Of a DNA stretch of 64,000 nucleotides, positions 53,186-64,000 are shown piece by piece. Source of the DNA: Candidatus Krumholzibacteriia bacterium (lineage in GTDB: Bacteria; Krumholzibacteriota; Krumholzibacteriia; JAJRXK01); NCBI GenBank assembly GCA_041484665.1, contig JBGPIA010000010.1, positions 64,001 to 128,000 of the forward strand, written 5' to 3'. The translations under genes were made by a program, and so were the position numbers. Positions within the stretch are counted from its first letter, which is position 1, and every line of letters begins with the position of its first letter. Under the pieces are notes generated by a model, which did not search any database, had not been told where the DNA came from, and saw only the letters and a program-made list of their open reading frames with translations.

Positions 53186-53215
53186 AAGCTAGCAACGCGG
53201 CGGAGATCTGGTCAA
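53186..53215 (-). promoter_or_regulatory. Sigma70-like promoter
   Basis: TTGACC-N18-TAGCTT, ending about 8 nt before the hairpin. Confidence 0.55.
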
Positions 53216-53340
53216 CCCCTGGATGCGCGCCTGGAACATTTTTTGGATGCGGTCATCGAGCGCTGGGGAGGCGGCCGCCGGAACGCGTCGCGGCGGCACG
53301 TCTTCGCCGCCGCCGGGGCGCGCTGCGGCGTACGTTGCGC

Positions 53341-55614
53341 TCAGAACCGCAGCGCGTAGCTGAGCTTGAGGGTGGCCTCGCCGCGGCGCAACGCGTAGTT
53401 CCCGGTGGCATCGTTGCGGACGTCGGTGAGCACGAGGTAGACGTCGCTCTCGTCCCCGAAGATGTAGTGGGCCCTTAGTTGCGACAGCACCAGGTCCTCA
53501 TCGCTGTTGAGCTGCGTGAACAGGTCGAAGGAGAGCTCGTTCGTCGCGTCCACGCCGACCCGCAAGCGCAGGACGTCGGCGTCGAATCTCAGCTCGCGGC
53601 CGAGAGCGGAGTCGTCGCGGCGGATGCGGTCGCTCTGTACCTCGGCGGAAACGGCCAGGTGGGGGGCCCAGCGCGCGGTCAGCTCGCCCGCAGCGCTCGT
53701 GAGCTTGCCGTCGTACTCGTCCCCCAGGACCAGCTCGGCGTGCGCGGAGAGCGCCTTGCTGCGATCGGACGTGAGCTCCGCGCCGAGCTGGTCGAAGGTG
53801 AAGGCTCCCGCCGGGAACACCACGTCCCCGCCGACCTCGAACGGCTCGAAGAGCCGCTCGAAGTTGCGGGTGTAGTACACGGCCAGCTCCTCGTCGCCGC
53901 TGCCGAACAGCGTGGTCTGGGCCTGGAGGTTGGTGCTCTCCTTCACCCCGTCGCGGCGGGCGACGTGCTCGGCGTAGACGAAGTTCTCCAGCCGGCGCAG
54001 CCAGCCGGCGTTGGGCTCGGGCGTCCAGCCCAGCTCCAGGGCCGCGGTCGTGATATCGTTGCGCGGCAGGAATCCCGCCCGCGGGTGGTAGTCGCGCCCG
54101 TAGACCTCATAGAGGGTGGTCATGTTGAACAAGGGATGCGACCAGCGCCAGCGCGTGCCCCACGTCCCGTGGTCGGGACCATCCTGCGGCTCGTGGCTGA
54201 AGGCGGCGTACCCCGATAGATCGAGCTGCTCCGCCGGGCGGAAATCGGTATCCAGACCGAAGACCCGGTTGAAGTCCCCGCCGTCCTCCCCCTGGCGGCT
54301 GACCGCGATCGCTCCGATGCGTGAGCGGGTGCCGAAGTCCTGGCTGATGCGCGCTACGTCGAAGCGGTGGCGCGGCACATCGCCGCTCGCGTCGGTCTGG
54401 ATGTCCAGGAGCCCCACGTCCGTGCGGCCGAACTTCCCCGTCAGCCGCGTGCCGTACTCGATGGGGATCGTGAGCGCCGAGAGCCCGCCCTCGCCCGCGA
54501 CCGCCTCCAGACCGATGCGGCGGCTGAACAAGGCCAGGTTCGCCGGCGAGCCGAACTGGAAGAAATCGCGCTTCTCCAGGAAGAACTCGCGTTTCTCCGG
54601 ATAGAACAGCGGGAAGCGCGTGAGGTTGACCACCTGGTCGTCCACCTCGACCTGGGCGAAGTCGGTGTTGACCGTCACGTCCAGCTCGGCGCTGCTGGTC
54701 AGTCCCAGCTTGAGGTCGTAGCCCACCTCGCCGTGGCCCTTCCATCTCTCGCGGTCGAAGGCCGCCGGATCGAGGGCGCTGCCGCGTTCGAGGCGGCCCA
54801 GGGCGTAGGGGCGCGCCACGATGTTGCTGCCCGGCGAGATCCCGCTGAGCCCCTGCAGGTGCCCCGCGTCGGCCACCCGGAACAAGTTGAACTGGCGGTC
54901 GATGGGACTCCACTGACTCTGCTCGTTCACCGCGCGCAGCTGCCGCTCGAAGTTGATCCCCATGGTGATGTGCTCGCGCACGGGAAAACGCAGCGTTCGC
55001 CAGGGCAGCTCGATCTCGCCCTGCCAGCCCGTGTCGGTGATGCGCACGGCGGCCGCCCACAGGCCATCCCAGTCGGTGTTGAGCAAGCGGCCTTCGTTGC
55101 GGAACTGGGCGTCGTAGCGCACGCCGTTGGGATTCACCTGGAAGAAGTACCCGTTCTGGAGGTCATCGAAGGTGTCCAGGGCGATGGCCAGGTAGTCGTC
55201 GTCCCACAGGGCCGTGTCGCGCCCCAGGACCTGGTGCACGATGCGGCGCGGGTCGCTCTGTGCGCAGACGAAGCCCAGATAGAGGGCATCGGCCGTATAC
55301 AACACCCGCACGTCGGTGGCCTGGCTGGCGGGCTGGCCGGTGGCCGGGCGCTGCTGGAGGAATCCGGTGGCGACGGCGGCAGTCTGCCAAACGGCCTCGT
55401 CGAGGAGGCCGTCGAGGTGCGGGGCCGTCTCGGCGCGGGGCGGGGAGAGCGCGCGGCGTCCGTCGGCGGACGGGGCCGGCGTCTGCGCGCCGCGCGGCGT
55501 CTGCGCGCCTGGGGGCTGCTGCGCGCCGGCGAGCGTCTGGGCGCGCGCGACCGCACCGGCGGCCAGCGCAAGCAGTCCGCACAGGAGGGCACGGCGGGCA
55601 GGTGCTGGGCGCAT
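53341..55614 (-). CDS. CBM9-like/DUF5916 outer-membrane protein
   Basis: Signal peptide; PHLDGLLDEAVW, LDTFDD, FQVNPNG, TVNTDFAQVEVD, EKREFFLE, FSRRIGL; terminal Phe. Confidence 0.85.
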   Translation of the reverse strand: MRPAPARRALLCGLLALAAGAVARAQTLAGAQQPPGAQTPRGAQTPAPSADGRRALSPPRAETAPHLDGLLDEAVWQTAAVATGFLQQRPATGQPASQATDVRVLYTADALYLGFVCAQSDPRRIVHQVLGRDTALWDDDYLAIALDTFDDLQNGYFFQVNPNGVRYDAQFRNEGRLLNTDWDGLWAAAVRITDTGWQGEIELPWRTLRFPVREHITMGINFERQLRAVNEQSQWSPIDRQFNLFRVADAGHLQGLSGISPGSNIVARPYALGRLERGSALDPAAFDRERWKGHGEVGYDLKLGLTSSAELDVTVNTDFAQVEVDDQVVNLTRFPLFYPEKREFFLEKRDFFQFGSPANLALFSRRIGLEAVAGEGGLSALTIPIEYGTRLTGKFGRTDVGLLDIQTDASGDVPRHRFDVARISQDFGTRSRIGAIAVSRQGEDGGDFNRVFGLDTDFRPAEQLDLSGYAAFSHEPQDGPDHGTWGTRWRWSHPLFNMTTLYEVYGRDYHPRAGFLPRNDITTAALELGWTPEPNAGWLRRLENFVYAEHVARRDGVKESTNLQAQTTLFGSGDEELAVYYTRNFERLFEPFEVGGDVVFPAGAFTFDQLGAELTSDRSKALSAHAELVLGDEYDGKLTSAAGELTARWAPHLAVSAEVQSDRIRRDDSALGRELRFDADVLRLRVGVDATNELSFDLFTQLNSDEDLVLSQLRAHYIFGDESDVYLVLTDVRNDATGNYALRRGEATLKLSYALRF

Positions 55615-55828
55615 CGACCGTTGAGAAGGCTGCGGGGTAGGCCGGTCTATGCGCGCGAGGGGACGCGGGTGTGGGGAATCGTAGCCGATGTCCGGCGGGC
55701 TGGAAAGCGAAACGCTGTCGCGCGCGGCGTCCGGGACGCCGCCGGCCGGACACCAGCGTCAGCGTCAGCGTGATGGGGATGTTGCTGCCCGACCGCTTCT
55801 CGCGCGCGGATCATTCCGAGAAGCGGGC

Positions 55829-58060
55829 TCACGCCAGCCGCACGGGCAACCTGCGCACCCGCTTTCCCGTCGCCGCGAAGATCGCGCTGCACAAGGCCGG
55901 CGCCACCGGCGGCACGCCCGGCTCGCCGATGCCTCCGATCGCGTCGTTGCTGGGCACGATGTGCACCTCGACCTGAGGCATCTCATCGAACGTGAGCAGC
56001 TCGTAGCCGTCGAAGCTCCCCTGCTCGACGCGCCCCTTCTGCACGGTGATCTCCCCCTTCAGCGCGGCGCTGAGACCAAAGGCCACGGCTCCCTGCAGCT
56101 GCGCCTCGACGATGTCGGGGTTGACCACCGGACCGCAGTCCACCGCGCAGACGACCTTGTGCACCCGGACCCGCCCACGATCGTCCACGGACGCCTCGAT
56201 CACGTGGGCCACGAAGCTGCCAAAACTCCCGTGGCTCGCGATGCCGCGCCCGCGGCCCTTGGGCAGGGGCGATCCCCATCCCGCCTTCTGCGCCGCCAGC
56301 TCCAGCGCGCGGCGCAGGCGCGAGTCCTTGGGCAGGAGCTTGCGGCGCAGCTCGCAGGGGTCGGCTCCGGTGGCGGCGGCGACCTCGTCGAGGAACGCCT
56401 CGTTGGCAAAGCCGTTCTGCGAGTTGTACACCGAGCGCCACCAGCCCAAGGGCACGGGGGTCTGTGCGACGACGCCCTCGACCAGCACGTTGGGGATGTC
56501 GTAGGCCAGCTCCACCGCCCCGTCGACGAGATCGGGTGGGGACTGTGGATCGCCGCCGCCGGAAACCTGGCGCTCGATGGACGGTCCCACCACGCGATGC
56601 GTCCATGCGATGACTTTGCCGCCGCCGTCGATTCCCGCGGCCAGCTTGTGCAGGCTCGTCGGACGATAGAAGTCGTGGCGCATGTCGTCCTCGCGCGTCC
56701 AGACGACCTTCACCGGTGCGCCGGCGGCCTTCGACACGCGCGCCGCCTCGACGGCGTAGTCGGCCATCAGGCGGCGCCCGAAGCCGCCGCCCAGGAGCGT
56801 GATGTGTACCGTGACCTTCTCCAGCGCGATCCCCAGCGCCTGCGCGACGGCACCCTGCACGCGCTGTGGAACCTGCGTCGGCGCCCAGATCTCCACGCCG
56901 TCGTCGCGCACGTAGGCGAGGCAGTTCTGCGGCTCCATGGGCGCGTGGGCGAGAAACGGCACTTCGTACACCGCCTCGACCCGTTTGGCAGCGCGCGCGA
57001 GGGCAGCCGCGGCGTCGCCCTCATGGCGGGCGACCACGCCGGTCTCGCGGCTCTTCTCCTGCAGCAGGCGGGAGATGGCGGCGCTGTCCAGCGCCGCGTT
57101 GGGCCCTTCATCCCAGACTACCGACAACGCGTCGCGCCCTTTCATGGCGGCCCAGGTCGAGTCGGCGACCACCGCGACGCCGCTCTCCACCTCGACCACA
57201 GCGCTCACACCGGCGACCTTCTGCGCCAAGCTCGCATCGAAGCTCTTCAGTTTGCCGCCGATGACGGGGCAACGCTCCACCATCGCGATGAGCATTCCGG
57301 GGACCTTCACGTCGAAACCGTACTGGGCGCTGCCGTTGACCTTGCTCGGTGTGTCAAGGCGCGGCAGCCGCTGCCCCACGATGCGGAATTGCTTGGGGTC
57401 TTTGAGCGGCACGTGCTCGGGAACCGCCTGCTTGGCGGCGGTCTCGGCCAGCTGGCCGTAGGTGAGTCGGCGGCCGCTCGCGGCGTGGACCACCGTGCCG
57501 TTCTCGGCGCGGCAGGCCCGGCGGTCGACTCCCCAGGTCTGCGCGGCGGCGCTCACCAGCATCTCGCGCGCCACGGCGCCGGCCTGGCGCAGCCGCTCCC
57601 ACGAGCCGCGCACGCTGGAGCTGCCGCCGGTGGTCATGTTGCCGTAGGTCTCGCCGGAGCCGGTGCCGGCCACGGTTGCAGGCTCGGCGCGCAGTTGCGA
57701 CCAGTCGGCCTCGAGCTCCTCGGCAACGATCATCGGCAGCGCGGTGCGCACACCCTGCCCCATCTCGGACTTGGCGACGGTGACCGTCACTGTGCCGTCG
57801 GTGGCGATGCGCAGCCAGGCGTTGGGAACGAACGCCGCATCGGCGGCCGCGCCCGCACCGGCCTCTGTCCCGTTCGCGGCGGTGGTGCCCGCGGTGGCGG
57901 CCAGCAGCTCGTCGCGCAGCGGCAGGTGCAGCGCCAGGACCAGCCCGCCACCGGCCACTGAGGCCACCTTGATGAAGTCGCGCCGGCTGAGGGTGTGAGC
58001 GGACTGTGCAGCGCGTGCGTCGTTCGCGGAATCGTCCGTGCGGGAGGTGATCTCGCTCAC
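55829..58060 (-). CDS. Xanthine dehydrogenase-family molybdopterin subunit (isoquinoline oxidoreductase beta-like), Tat-exported
   Basis: SRRDFIK, SEMGQG, TGGSSS, HAPMEP, GGGFGRR, WWRSV, GGIGEP, RRLP. Confidence 0.93.
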   Translation of the reverse strand: MSEITSRTDDSANDARAAQSAHTLSRRDFIKVASVAGGGLVLALHLPLRDELLAATAGTTAANGTEAGAGAAADAAFVPNAWLRIATDGTVTVTVAKSEMGQGVRTALPMIVAEELEADWSQLRAEPATVAGTGSGETYGNMTTGGSSSVRGSWERLRQAGAVAREMLVSAAAQTWGVDRRACRAENGTVVHAASGRRLTYGQLAETAAKQAVPEHVPLKDPKQFRIVGQRLPRLDTPSKVNGSAQYGFDVKVPGMLIAMVERCPVIGGKLKSFDASLAQKVAGVSAVVEVESGVAVVADSTWAAMKGRDALSVVWDEGPNAALDSAAISRLLQEKSRETGVVARHEGDAAAALARAAKRVEAVYEVPFLAHAPMEPQNCLAYVRDDGVEIWAPTQVPQRVQGAVAQALGIALEKVTVHITLLGGGFGRRLMADYAVEAARVSKAAGAPVKVVWTREDDMRHDFYRPTSLHKLAAGIDGGGKVIAWTHRVVGPSIERQVSGGGDPQSPPDLVDGAVELAYDIPNVLVEGVVAQTPVPLGWWRSVYNSQNGFANEAFLDEVAAATGADPCELRRKLLPKDSRLRRALELAAQKAGWGSPLPKGRGRGIASHGSFGSFVAHVIEASVDDRGRVRVHKVVCAVDCGPVVNPDIVEAQLQGAVAFGLSAALKGEITVQKGRVEQGSFDGYELLTFDEMPQVEVHIVPSNDAIGGIGEPGVPPVAPALCSAIFAATGKRVRRLPVRLA

Positions 58061-58524
58061 GACCGGCCTCCTTCCTCGATCACGCGGTGGATCGCACGGC
58101 GGATGCGCAGGTACGTGCCGCAGCGGCACAGCATGGTCGACATCACCGACTCGATCTCGGCGTCTGTAGCGCGGGGCTTCTCGGCGAGCAGCGCCGCCGC
58201 CTGCATGATCTGCCCCGGCTGGCAATAGCCGCACTGGGGAACCTCTTCGGCGATCCAGGCGCGCAGCACCGGATGCTGTGGCTGCGCCGCGAGACCCTCG
58301 ATGGTGATGACATGCGCGCCGGAGACCTCCTGGACGCTCGTGGTGCAGGAGCGGCGGGCCTGGCCGTCGACGTGGACGGTGCACGAGCCGCACAGCCCGC
58401 GCCCGCAGCCGAACTTCGTGCCGGTGAGCCCGAGCGTATCGCGCAGCACCCAGAGCAGAGGAGTGTCGGCGCTGACGTCCACGGCCTGGCGCTGGCCGTT
58501 GACCGTGAGACTGATGGGAGGCAT
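58057..58524 (-). CDS. (2Fe-2S)-binding small subunit (isoquinoline oxidoreductase alpha/CoxS-like)
   Basis: [26 protein letters not shown]. Confidence 0.95.
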   Translation of the reverse strand: MPPISLTVNGQRQAVDVSADTPLLWVLRDTLGLTGTKFGCGRGLCGSCTVHVDGQARRSCTTSVQEVSGAHVITIEGLAAQPQHPVLRAWIAEEVPQCGYCQPGQIMQAAALLAEKPRATDAEIESVMSTMLCRCGTYLRIRRAIHRVIEEGGRS

Positions 58525-58933
58525 GCGTGCCCCCTCTCTTTCGATGTGTTGGGTCGGGGAGTGCTGCCGCAAGTATGACCCCCTCGAAGGCGGCGTCAAC
58601 GGGCGACGGGCCGCACCAGCCGAGATTGCACACCCATGTCACAAATCCGCAGCGGCCGGACACGTACGACACCGGCGCAGCGGCGTGACCGCCCGCCGCC
58701 CGGTGCGGGCTCGACAGCGCGCTCTGGCGGGGCGAAGATCTTCCGCGCGGGCGGTCCCGACGTGCGCGCGCCTTCGGGAGGGCCCTCCCCCATCGGGGAG
58801 ATCCGGCATTCCCCACCCCACTGCGGTGAAACCCGACGGCCCGGGCGTGCGTCCTCTCCCGTCACACGGACAGTCCAGCATGTCACGGTCGGCGTCAGGC
58901 GCCGGCGGTTCGCAACCCGAAGGAGGCAGCGCA

Positions 58934-60919
58934 ATGTCGATCGTACGCGTCTCGTCGCGGCGTAGAGTGACCCTGCGAGTGTTTGTGCTCGCCCTGGGCG
59001 CGCTGGCCGGCGCATGGGCCGGCTGGCGCTCCGCAGGTCCGGCGCCCAGCGCTGGCGCAACACCGGCGGACGCTCCGGCGGCCAAGCCGGCAACGCGCAC
59101 CGGGGCGGCGCTCGCCGCGGAGCCGGCGCCGGGATCCACTTCCGGTGCTGCCGCGCTCCTGGCCAAGACCAAGGACGCGGCAGGTGGGGCCGCCTGGGAC
59201 GCGGTGCGCACGAGCCATAGCCACACCCGCGTCGAGACCGGCGGCCTCAAGGGCACGGCCGATGGGTGGGATGACGTGCTCACCGGCCGCCACTGCGATA
59301 CCTACGCGCTGGGCCCCATCACGGGCGCCGAGGGCTGGGACGGCAAGGCGGGCTGGGAGAAGGACACCTCGGGACAGACCCGGCGCATGGAGGGTGGCGA
59401 CGAAGTCGAAGGCGGCGCGAACGAGGCGTATCGCCGCTGCCTCGGCGACTGGTACCCCGATCGCTGGCCCGCCACCATCGAGGACGGCGGCATGCACGAG
59501 CTCTCCGGTCACCGTTTCCAGGTGGTGAAGATCACGCCCAAGGGCGGCCGGCTCTTCGAGCTGTGGATCGACCCGGCCACGTGGCTGGTCGATCACATGG
59601 TCGAGAAGGCGGCGATCGAGACCCGTACCACCTACCTCTCGGACTACCGGACGGTGGAGGGCAAGCAGGTCGCGTTCGCGGTGCGCTCGACCAACGGCGA
59701 GACGAAGTACGATCAGGTCATCACCATCGACGAAATCGACTTCAACGCGCCGCTGGACGAGGCCAGGTTCCAGATGCCGGCGCCGCCGCCAGCCGACTTC
59801 GCGTTCGCCGCGGGCAAGACGTCCACTACGGTCCCCTTCGAGCTCATCAACAACCACATCTACGTGCAGGTGAAGCTCAACGGGCAGGGGCCGTTCACAT
59901 TCCTGTGCGATACCGGCGGGGCCAACGTCGTCACACCGACCCTCGCGGCGAAGCTGGGGGTCAAACCCGAAGGCGCGCTGCAGGGACGCGGCGTGGGCGA
60001 GAAATCCGAGGACGTGGGGCTGGTGAAGCTCGAGTCGCTCGGGGTCGGGGACATCACGCTGCAGCAGCAGCTCTTCGCGGTATTCCCGCTGGAGTCCTTC
60101 GCCGACGTGGAGGGGGTCCCCCAGTCGGGGCTCATCGGCTACGAGGTGTTCAAGCGCTTCGCGGTGCGCGTGGACTACGAGCATAGCCAGCTGACCCTGA
60201 CGCTGCCATCGGCGTTCTCCTACCAGGGCGCAGGCGTGGTGGTCCCCTTCCACTTCAACGACCACATCCCCCAGGTCGAGGGCAGCATCGACGGCATCTC
60301 CGGGAAGTTCGACATCGACACCGGCAGCCGAGCGTCGCTCTCGCTGCTCAAGCCGTTCGCCGAGAAGAACGACCTCAAGACCAAGCTGGGCGCGCGGTAC
60401 GAAGCGGTCACGGGCTGGGGTGTGGGCGGCGCCGCGCGCGGGCTGATCGTGCGTGGCCATGAGCTCCGCCTGGGCGGAGTGTCGGTCTCCTCGCCCGTGA
60501 CGGAGCTGAGCCAGCAGCAGAAGGGTGCGTTCGTCGACCCGTACGTAGCGGGCAACGTCGGCGCGGGTGTGCTCAAGCGCTTCAACATCGTGTTCGACTA
60601 CGAGGGCAAGCGCCTGATCTTCGAGCCCAACGCGAACAACGCGCAGCCCGACGTCTACGACCGCTCGGGCATGTGGATCAACCGCGCGGGCGCGTCGCTG
60701 AAGGTCGTCGACGTGACGGCCGGGGGTCCGGCGGAGGCGGCGGGCCTGAAGGCCGGCGATGCGATCGTCGCCGTCGAAGGCGCGCCGATCGCAGACACGT
60801 CGCTGCTGGCGCTGCGCAAGCGCTTCCGCAGCGAGGCCGTAGGCACCAAGATCCGGTTGGGCGTGGACTCCGGCGGAAAGAAGCGCGACGTGACGCTGGT
60901 GCTCAAGGACCTGGTCTGA
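58934..60919 (+). CDS. Exported aspartic protease with two retropepsin-like domains and C-terminal PDZ
   Basis: SD GGAGG; signal/TM; FLCDTGG and FDIDTGS; GLIG; PDZ-like GPAEAAGLKAGD. Confidence 0.88.
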   Translation: MSIVRVSSRRRVTLRVFVLALGALAGAWAGWRSAGPAPSAGATPADAPAAKPATRTGAALAAEPAPGSTSGAAALLAKTKDAAGGAAWDAVRTSHSHTRVETGGLKGTADGWDDVLTGRHCDTYALGPITGAEGWDGKAGWEKDTSGQTRRMEGGDEVEGGANEAYRRCLGDWYPDRWPATIEDGGMHELSGHRFQVVKITPKGGRLFELWIDPATWLVDHMVEKAAIETRTTYLSDYRTVEGKQVAFAVRSTNGETKYDQVITIDEIDFNAPLDEARFQMPAPPPADFAFAAGKTSTTVPFELINNHIYVQVKLNGQGPFTFLCDTGGANVVTPTLAAKLGVKPEGALQGRGVGEKSEDVGLVKLESLGVGDITLQQQLFAVFPLESFADVEGVPQSGLIGYEVFKRFAVRVDYEHSQLTLTLPSAFSYQGAGVVVPFHFNDHIPQVEGSIDGISGKFDIDTGSRASLSLLKPFAEKNDLKTKLGARYEAVTGWGVGGAARGLIVRGHELRLGGVSVSSPVTELSQQQKGAFVDPYVAGNVGAGVLKRFNIVFDYEGKRLIFEPNANNAQPDVYDRSGMWINRAGASLKVVDVTAGGPAEAAGLKAGDAIVAVEGAPIADTSLLALRKRFRSEAVGTKIRLGVDSGGKKRDVTLVLKDLV

Positions 60920-61015
60920 GTCGAGCTGCAATCGGGCCGGCGCGTGCGTGACCGCCGGCCCAGCCCGCGTCTCGCAATCGCTTCCCCGGGGCCGGCCCCG
61001 CCGCCGGCCTCGATC

Positions 61016-63655
61016 TCAGTGTGGCTTCCCGCCCGGGCGATCCGGCGGTCCCGACGGCGACCCCTGGGGCGCCTGCCCCGGCGGGGGCAAGCTCGGATCG
61101 AGCTGGCGCGCCTTCTGGTACAGCTGCTGCGCCTCCGGCTTCTTCCCCTGCTCGTCGTAGATCATCGCCAGCTGATAGACGTAGCGCCCCGACTGGGGCT
61201 GCAGGCGCATGGCCTCCTGCGTGAGGGTCGCCGCGCGGTCGAGCTTGCCCATCTGCGCGTAGAACACCGCCAGCTGCGCCCGCCCCTCGTGCGAGGAGGG
61301 GTCCAGTTGGATCACGTGCTCGAAGGCCTGGGCCGCGGTCGGCAGGTCGCGGGAGAAGGCCGCGGCCATCCCGTAGTTGCCCTGCACCATGATGTCGTCG
61401 GGACGCGCCGTGGCGGCGCGCTGCAGCAACGGCAACGCCTGCGCGAGGCGGTTGGTCTGCAGCATCAGGGCGCCGAGCGCGCCCAGCAGCTGGCCATCCT
61501 CGCCCGCCAGATCGATGGCGTCGCGCAGCAACTGCTCCGACTGCGGCGCATCGCCCGCGGCGACCTGCAGCGATGATAATGCCAGGATCGTGTCGATGTC
61601 GCGCGGATCGATCTGGTGCGCGCGCCCCAGCGAGGTGAGCGCGTCGGCGCTGCGCCCCAGCGACTGCAGGATGAGGCCGCGATAGTAGTGCGCAGTGGCC
61701 AGCTGCGGATCGATGGTCAGCGCCGAATCGACGATCGCCAGGGCTCGCGCCGGTTGGCCCTGGTGCAAGAACGCGAACCCGCGTCCCGCGAGCCCGCGCG
61801 CCCACTGCGGGTCGAGTCTGAGTCCGTCCTCGAACACCTTGCCCGCATCGGCGTTGCGGTTCTGGTGCGCCAACGCCAGCGCCAGGTCCTCGTAGTGGTA
61901 GAGCTCGCGCGGCTCGTCCTTGAGCAGGCCGCGATAGATGGTCTCGGCATCGGGCAGGCGCCCCATCGCCGCGTAGGTGCGCGCCAGGTTGGCACGCGCC
62001 TCCACATGGCCAGGGTAGGCCTTCAGCACATCCTCCAGCTTGTGCGCCGCCTCGTCGTAACGCCCCTGCTTGCGCAGGACCACGGAGAGATTGACCGTCT
62101 GCTCGACGGTGCCGACCGAGGGCGACGAGCCGTTTGGCGTGGACCCGGCTGCTGTCGATCCTGCCGCTGCCGTGCCGCCATTCGCGGCGACGGTGCCGCC
62201 AGGTCCGCCTGGCCCGCCCGGGGCGCCCGAGGCTCCCGATCCAGCCATACCGCCCGGACCACGCAGCCCGCTCTGGCCGGCCGTTCCGCCCGCGATGTAC
62301 CCCAACGAGCGCAGCATCTCCTCCATGCGTTGGCCGGCCTTGGGATCGATGGCGACGTCCGGGCCGCGGTCCCAGGGACCGGTCTCGTAGGTGGCGATGG
62401 TCGTCACCGGATGCTTCGTCATGTACGCGTCGTCGATGGCCGCCGTAAGCACCTTTCCGTGCAGGTCCTGGGCCACGGGCAGCCCCAACAGGTGCAGCAC
62501 CGTGGGCGCCACGTCGTAGATGCTCGCGCCATCGATGCGCTGGCCACGCTTGGCCTGCGGCCCATCGATCAGGATGATGCCGTCGGGCATGTGGCTCTGG
62601 TCGGCAGTCTCGATGCTGAACTCCTTCTCCTTGAGGCGCTCACCGCCGGTGCGGAATCCGTGATCGGACACGACGATCACCGTGGTCGTCGGCTTGCGCT
62701 TGGCGAGCAGGCGGCCCAGCAGGGCGTCCTGCCACTTCCAGTACTCGGCCACGACGTCCTTGTACGCGGCAAAGTCGGCGTCGCTCACCCAGTCCAGCTT
62801 GGGCGGAGCGTCCTCCATGAAGAGGTGCTGCGTAGCATCGGTGCCCTCGTAGTAGATGGCGAAGAAGCGCGGCCGCTCCTTGCCCACGAGCTTCACGCCG
62901 AGATCGGTGTAGCCCTCTGCAGTGACGAGGGCCTGGCGCAGGTGCTGCACGGGCCCGCCGAAAGGTCCGGCCGCCGCGTCGAAGCCCAGCCGCTCCTTCG
63001 GCAGGTGGATCATGCGCGCGAGCAGCGCCTCGTCCGCCTTGTCCGGCGTGACGAACGCCTTCTTGACGTCGTTGATCAGCTCGGGCGGCCAAGTCTTGCC
63101 GGCGACGTCGAGCTCCTGGCCGGTCACGCCGAAGCTGTGCCAGGCGACGTAGTCGCTCACGATGAAGCCGTTGACGGGCTCCACCGGCCAGGTCGCCCAC
63201 CATCCGAGCACGCCCACGCTGACACCCTTCTCGCTGGCCATGTTCCACAGGGCGCGCACCAGGCGGCTGCGGCTGGAGATGGGGATCTTCGTGCCGTCGG
63301 GCGCGTCGGTCATGAACCAGGTGACACCGTGGAGGTCGGCCGTGCGGCCGGTGGCGATGCTGGTCCACAGGATCGGCGAGAGCATCGGCTCGTCGCTGCG
63401 CAGGCGACCCCAGACGCCCTCGCTGCGCAGCTTCGCCAGATTGGGCAGCGCGCTCTTGGCGATGAGTGGGTCGAGGACATCCCAATCGGCCCCGTCCAAG
63501 CCGATGATCCACACCTCGTCCTGGGGGGCCTTGGAGCAGGAGGCGAGCAACGCGGCGGCGGACAGCAACGCGGCGCCCAACAGCGCGGCACCCAGCAGTG
63601 CGCCGGCCGCCGGGGCGACGCCCAGCGAGCGGGCTCGGGAGTGGGGGAAGCGCAA
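61016..63655 (-). CDS. Lipoprotein: alkaline phosphatase/type I phosphodiesterase domain plus TPR repeats
   Basis: Lipobox LASC; IGLDGADW, WTSIATG, VSDHGF, LRSLGYI; C-terminal TPRs. Confidence 0.88.
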   Translation of the reverse strand: MRFPHSRARSLGVAPAAGALLGAALLGAALLSAAALLASCSKAPQDEVWIIGLDGADWDVLDPLIAKSALPNLAKLRSEGVWGRLRSDEPMLSPILWTSIATGRTADLHGVTWFMTDAPDGTKIPISSRSRLVRALWNMASEKGVSVGVLGWWATWPVEPVNGFIVSDYVAWHSFGVTGQELDVAGKTWPPELINDVKKAFVTPDKADEALLARMIHLPKERLGFDAAAGPFGGPVQHLRQALVTAEGYTDLGVKLVGKERPRFFAIYYEGTDATQHLFMEDAPPKLDWVSDADFAAYKDVVAEYWKWQDALLGRLLAKRKPTTTVIVVSDHGFRTGGERLKEKEFSIETADQSHMPDGIILIDGPQAKRGQRIDGASIYDVAPTVLHLLGLPVAQDLHGKVLTAAIDDAYMTKHPVTTIATYETGPWDRGPDVAIDPKAGQRMEEMLRSLGYIAGGTAGQSGLRGPGGMAGSGASGAPGGPGGPGGTVAANGGTAAAGSTAAGSTPNGSSPSVGTVEQTVNLSVVLRKQGRYDEAAHKLEDVLKAYPGHVEARANLARTYAAMGRLPDAETIYRGLLKDEPRELYHYEDLALALAHQNRNADAGKVFEDGLRLDPQWARGLAGRGFAFLHQGQPARALAIVDSALTIDPQLATAHYYRGLILQSLGRSADALTSLGRAHQIDPRDIDTILALSSLQVAAGDAPQSEQLLRDAIDLAGEDGQLLGALGALMLQTNRLAQALPLLQRAATARPDDIMVQGNYGMAAAFSRDLPTAAQAFEHVIQLDPSSHEGRAQLAVFYAQMGKLDRAATLTQEAMRLQPQSGRYVYQLAMIYDEQGKKPEAQQLYQKARQLDPSLPPPGQAPQGSPSGPPDRPGGKPH

Positions 63656-63713
63656 GGGGGAAACCTCAGGTTGGGCGGAGAGGGTCGAGCAGTCCCCACA
63701 AGCTAGCACACGC

Positions 63714-64000
63714 CTACTCCCCCAGCAGCTGTTCGAGCGCCTCCAGCCTCTGTTCCCAGAAGCCCTTCATGCGCTCGGCCTGCCGAGCGTCGGGAAGCTT
63801 GCTGTGCTGGACCGTGAGCTCCGTCTTGTCGCCAGCCTTGGGGTAGAACATCAGCTCGAGGTTCGTCCTGCCGTCCACCCAGGTGATGCGCATCGACCGG
63901 TTCGGCGTCTCCTTGCGGATGACCAGCGGCCCTTCGGGCAGCCAGCGGGCGCGCTCGACCTCGTCGCTGCAGAGTCGGTAGACGCGATCGACTGGCACCT
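63714..64000 (-). CDS. SRPBCC-like protein, C-terminal part (5' end outside the window)
   Basis: RARWL, SMRITW, ELTVQHSKL...MKGFWEQRLEAL. Confidence 0.65.
   Translation of the reverse strand, partial: VPVDRVYRLCSDEVERARWLPEGPLVIRKETPNRSMRITWVDGRTNLELMFYPKAGDKTELTVQHSKLPDARQAERMKGFWEQRLEALEQLLGE

Noticed and set aside
55793..55826. 10-bp hairpin just after the molybdoenzyme stop codon
   Set aside because: No U-tract, so not called as an intrinsic terminator; may be an mRNA-stabilising stem.

Overview
A very GC-rich, gene-dense bacterial chromosome segment with about 45 CDSs. I found no rRNA, tRNA, CRISPR array or recognisable transposase/integrase. Gene content (Omp85 barrels, Tat substrates, a Hanks kinase with a beta-propeller, a dockerin-like secreted protein, a multiheme cytochrome) suggests a diderm, possibly uncultured lineage; this is inference only. 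Main contents: flippase, two Omp85/BamA-like proteins, Hsp20, an ABC + FG-GAP operon, a selenocysteine-containing selD (in-frame UGA plus SECIS-like hairpin, split by the ORF track), an NYN-S1 fusion, agmatinase, phosphosugar mutase, DapA-like aldolase, NCS1 transporter, type III PKS plus methyltransferase, hybrid histidine kinase, pgi, a GrdB/PrdB-like protein lacking its UxxC motif, a Tat amine oxidase, a 19-heme cytochrome c with a cytochrome b partner, a doubly disrupted Gfo/Idh/MocA gene, an SbcCD/YhaNO-like pair, an IorAB-like molybdoenzyme, an aspartic protease and a phosphodiesterase-TPR lipoprotein. The most notable signals outside ordinary gene calls are a candidate ~135-nt small RNA with its own promoter and terminator (53045-53179, minus), a second nested structured element downstream of hsp20, a recurring leaderless promoter layout (-10 box 6-9 nt before ATG at seven genes), and repeated low-complexity insertions inside conserved enzymes. 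Family assignments come from motif recognition by eye, not database searches.
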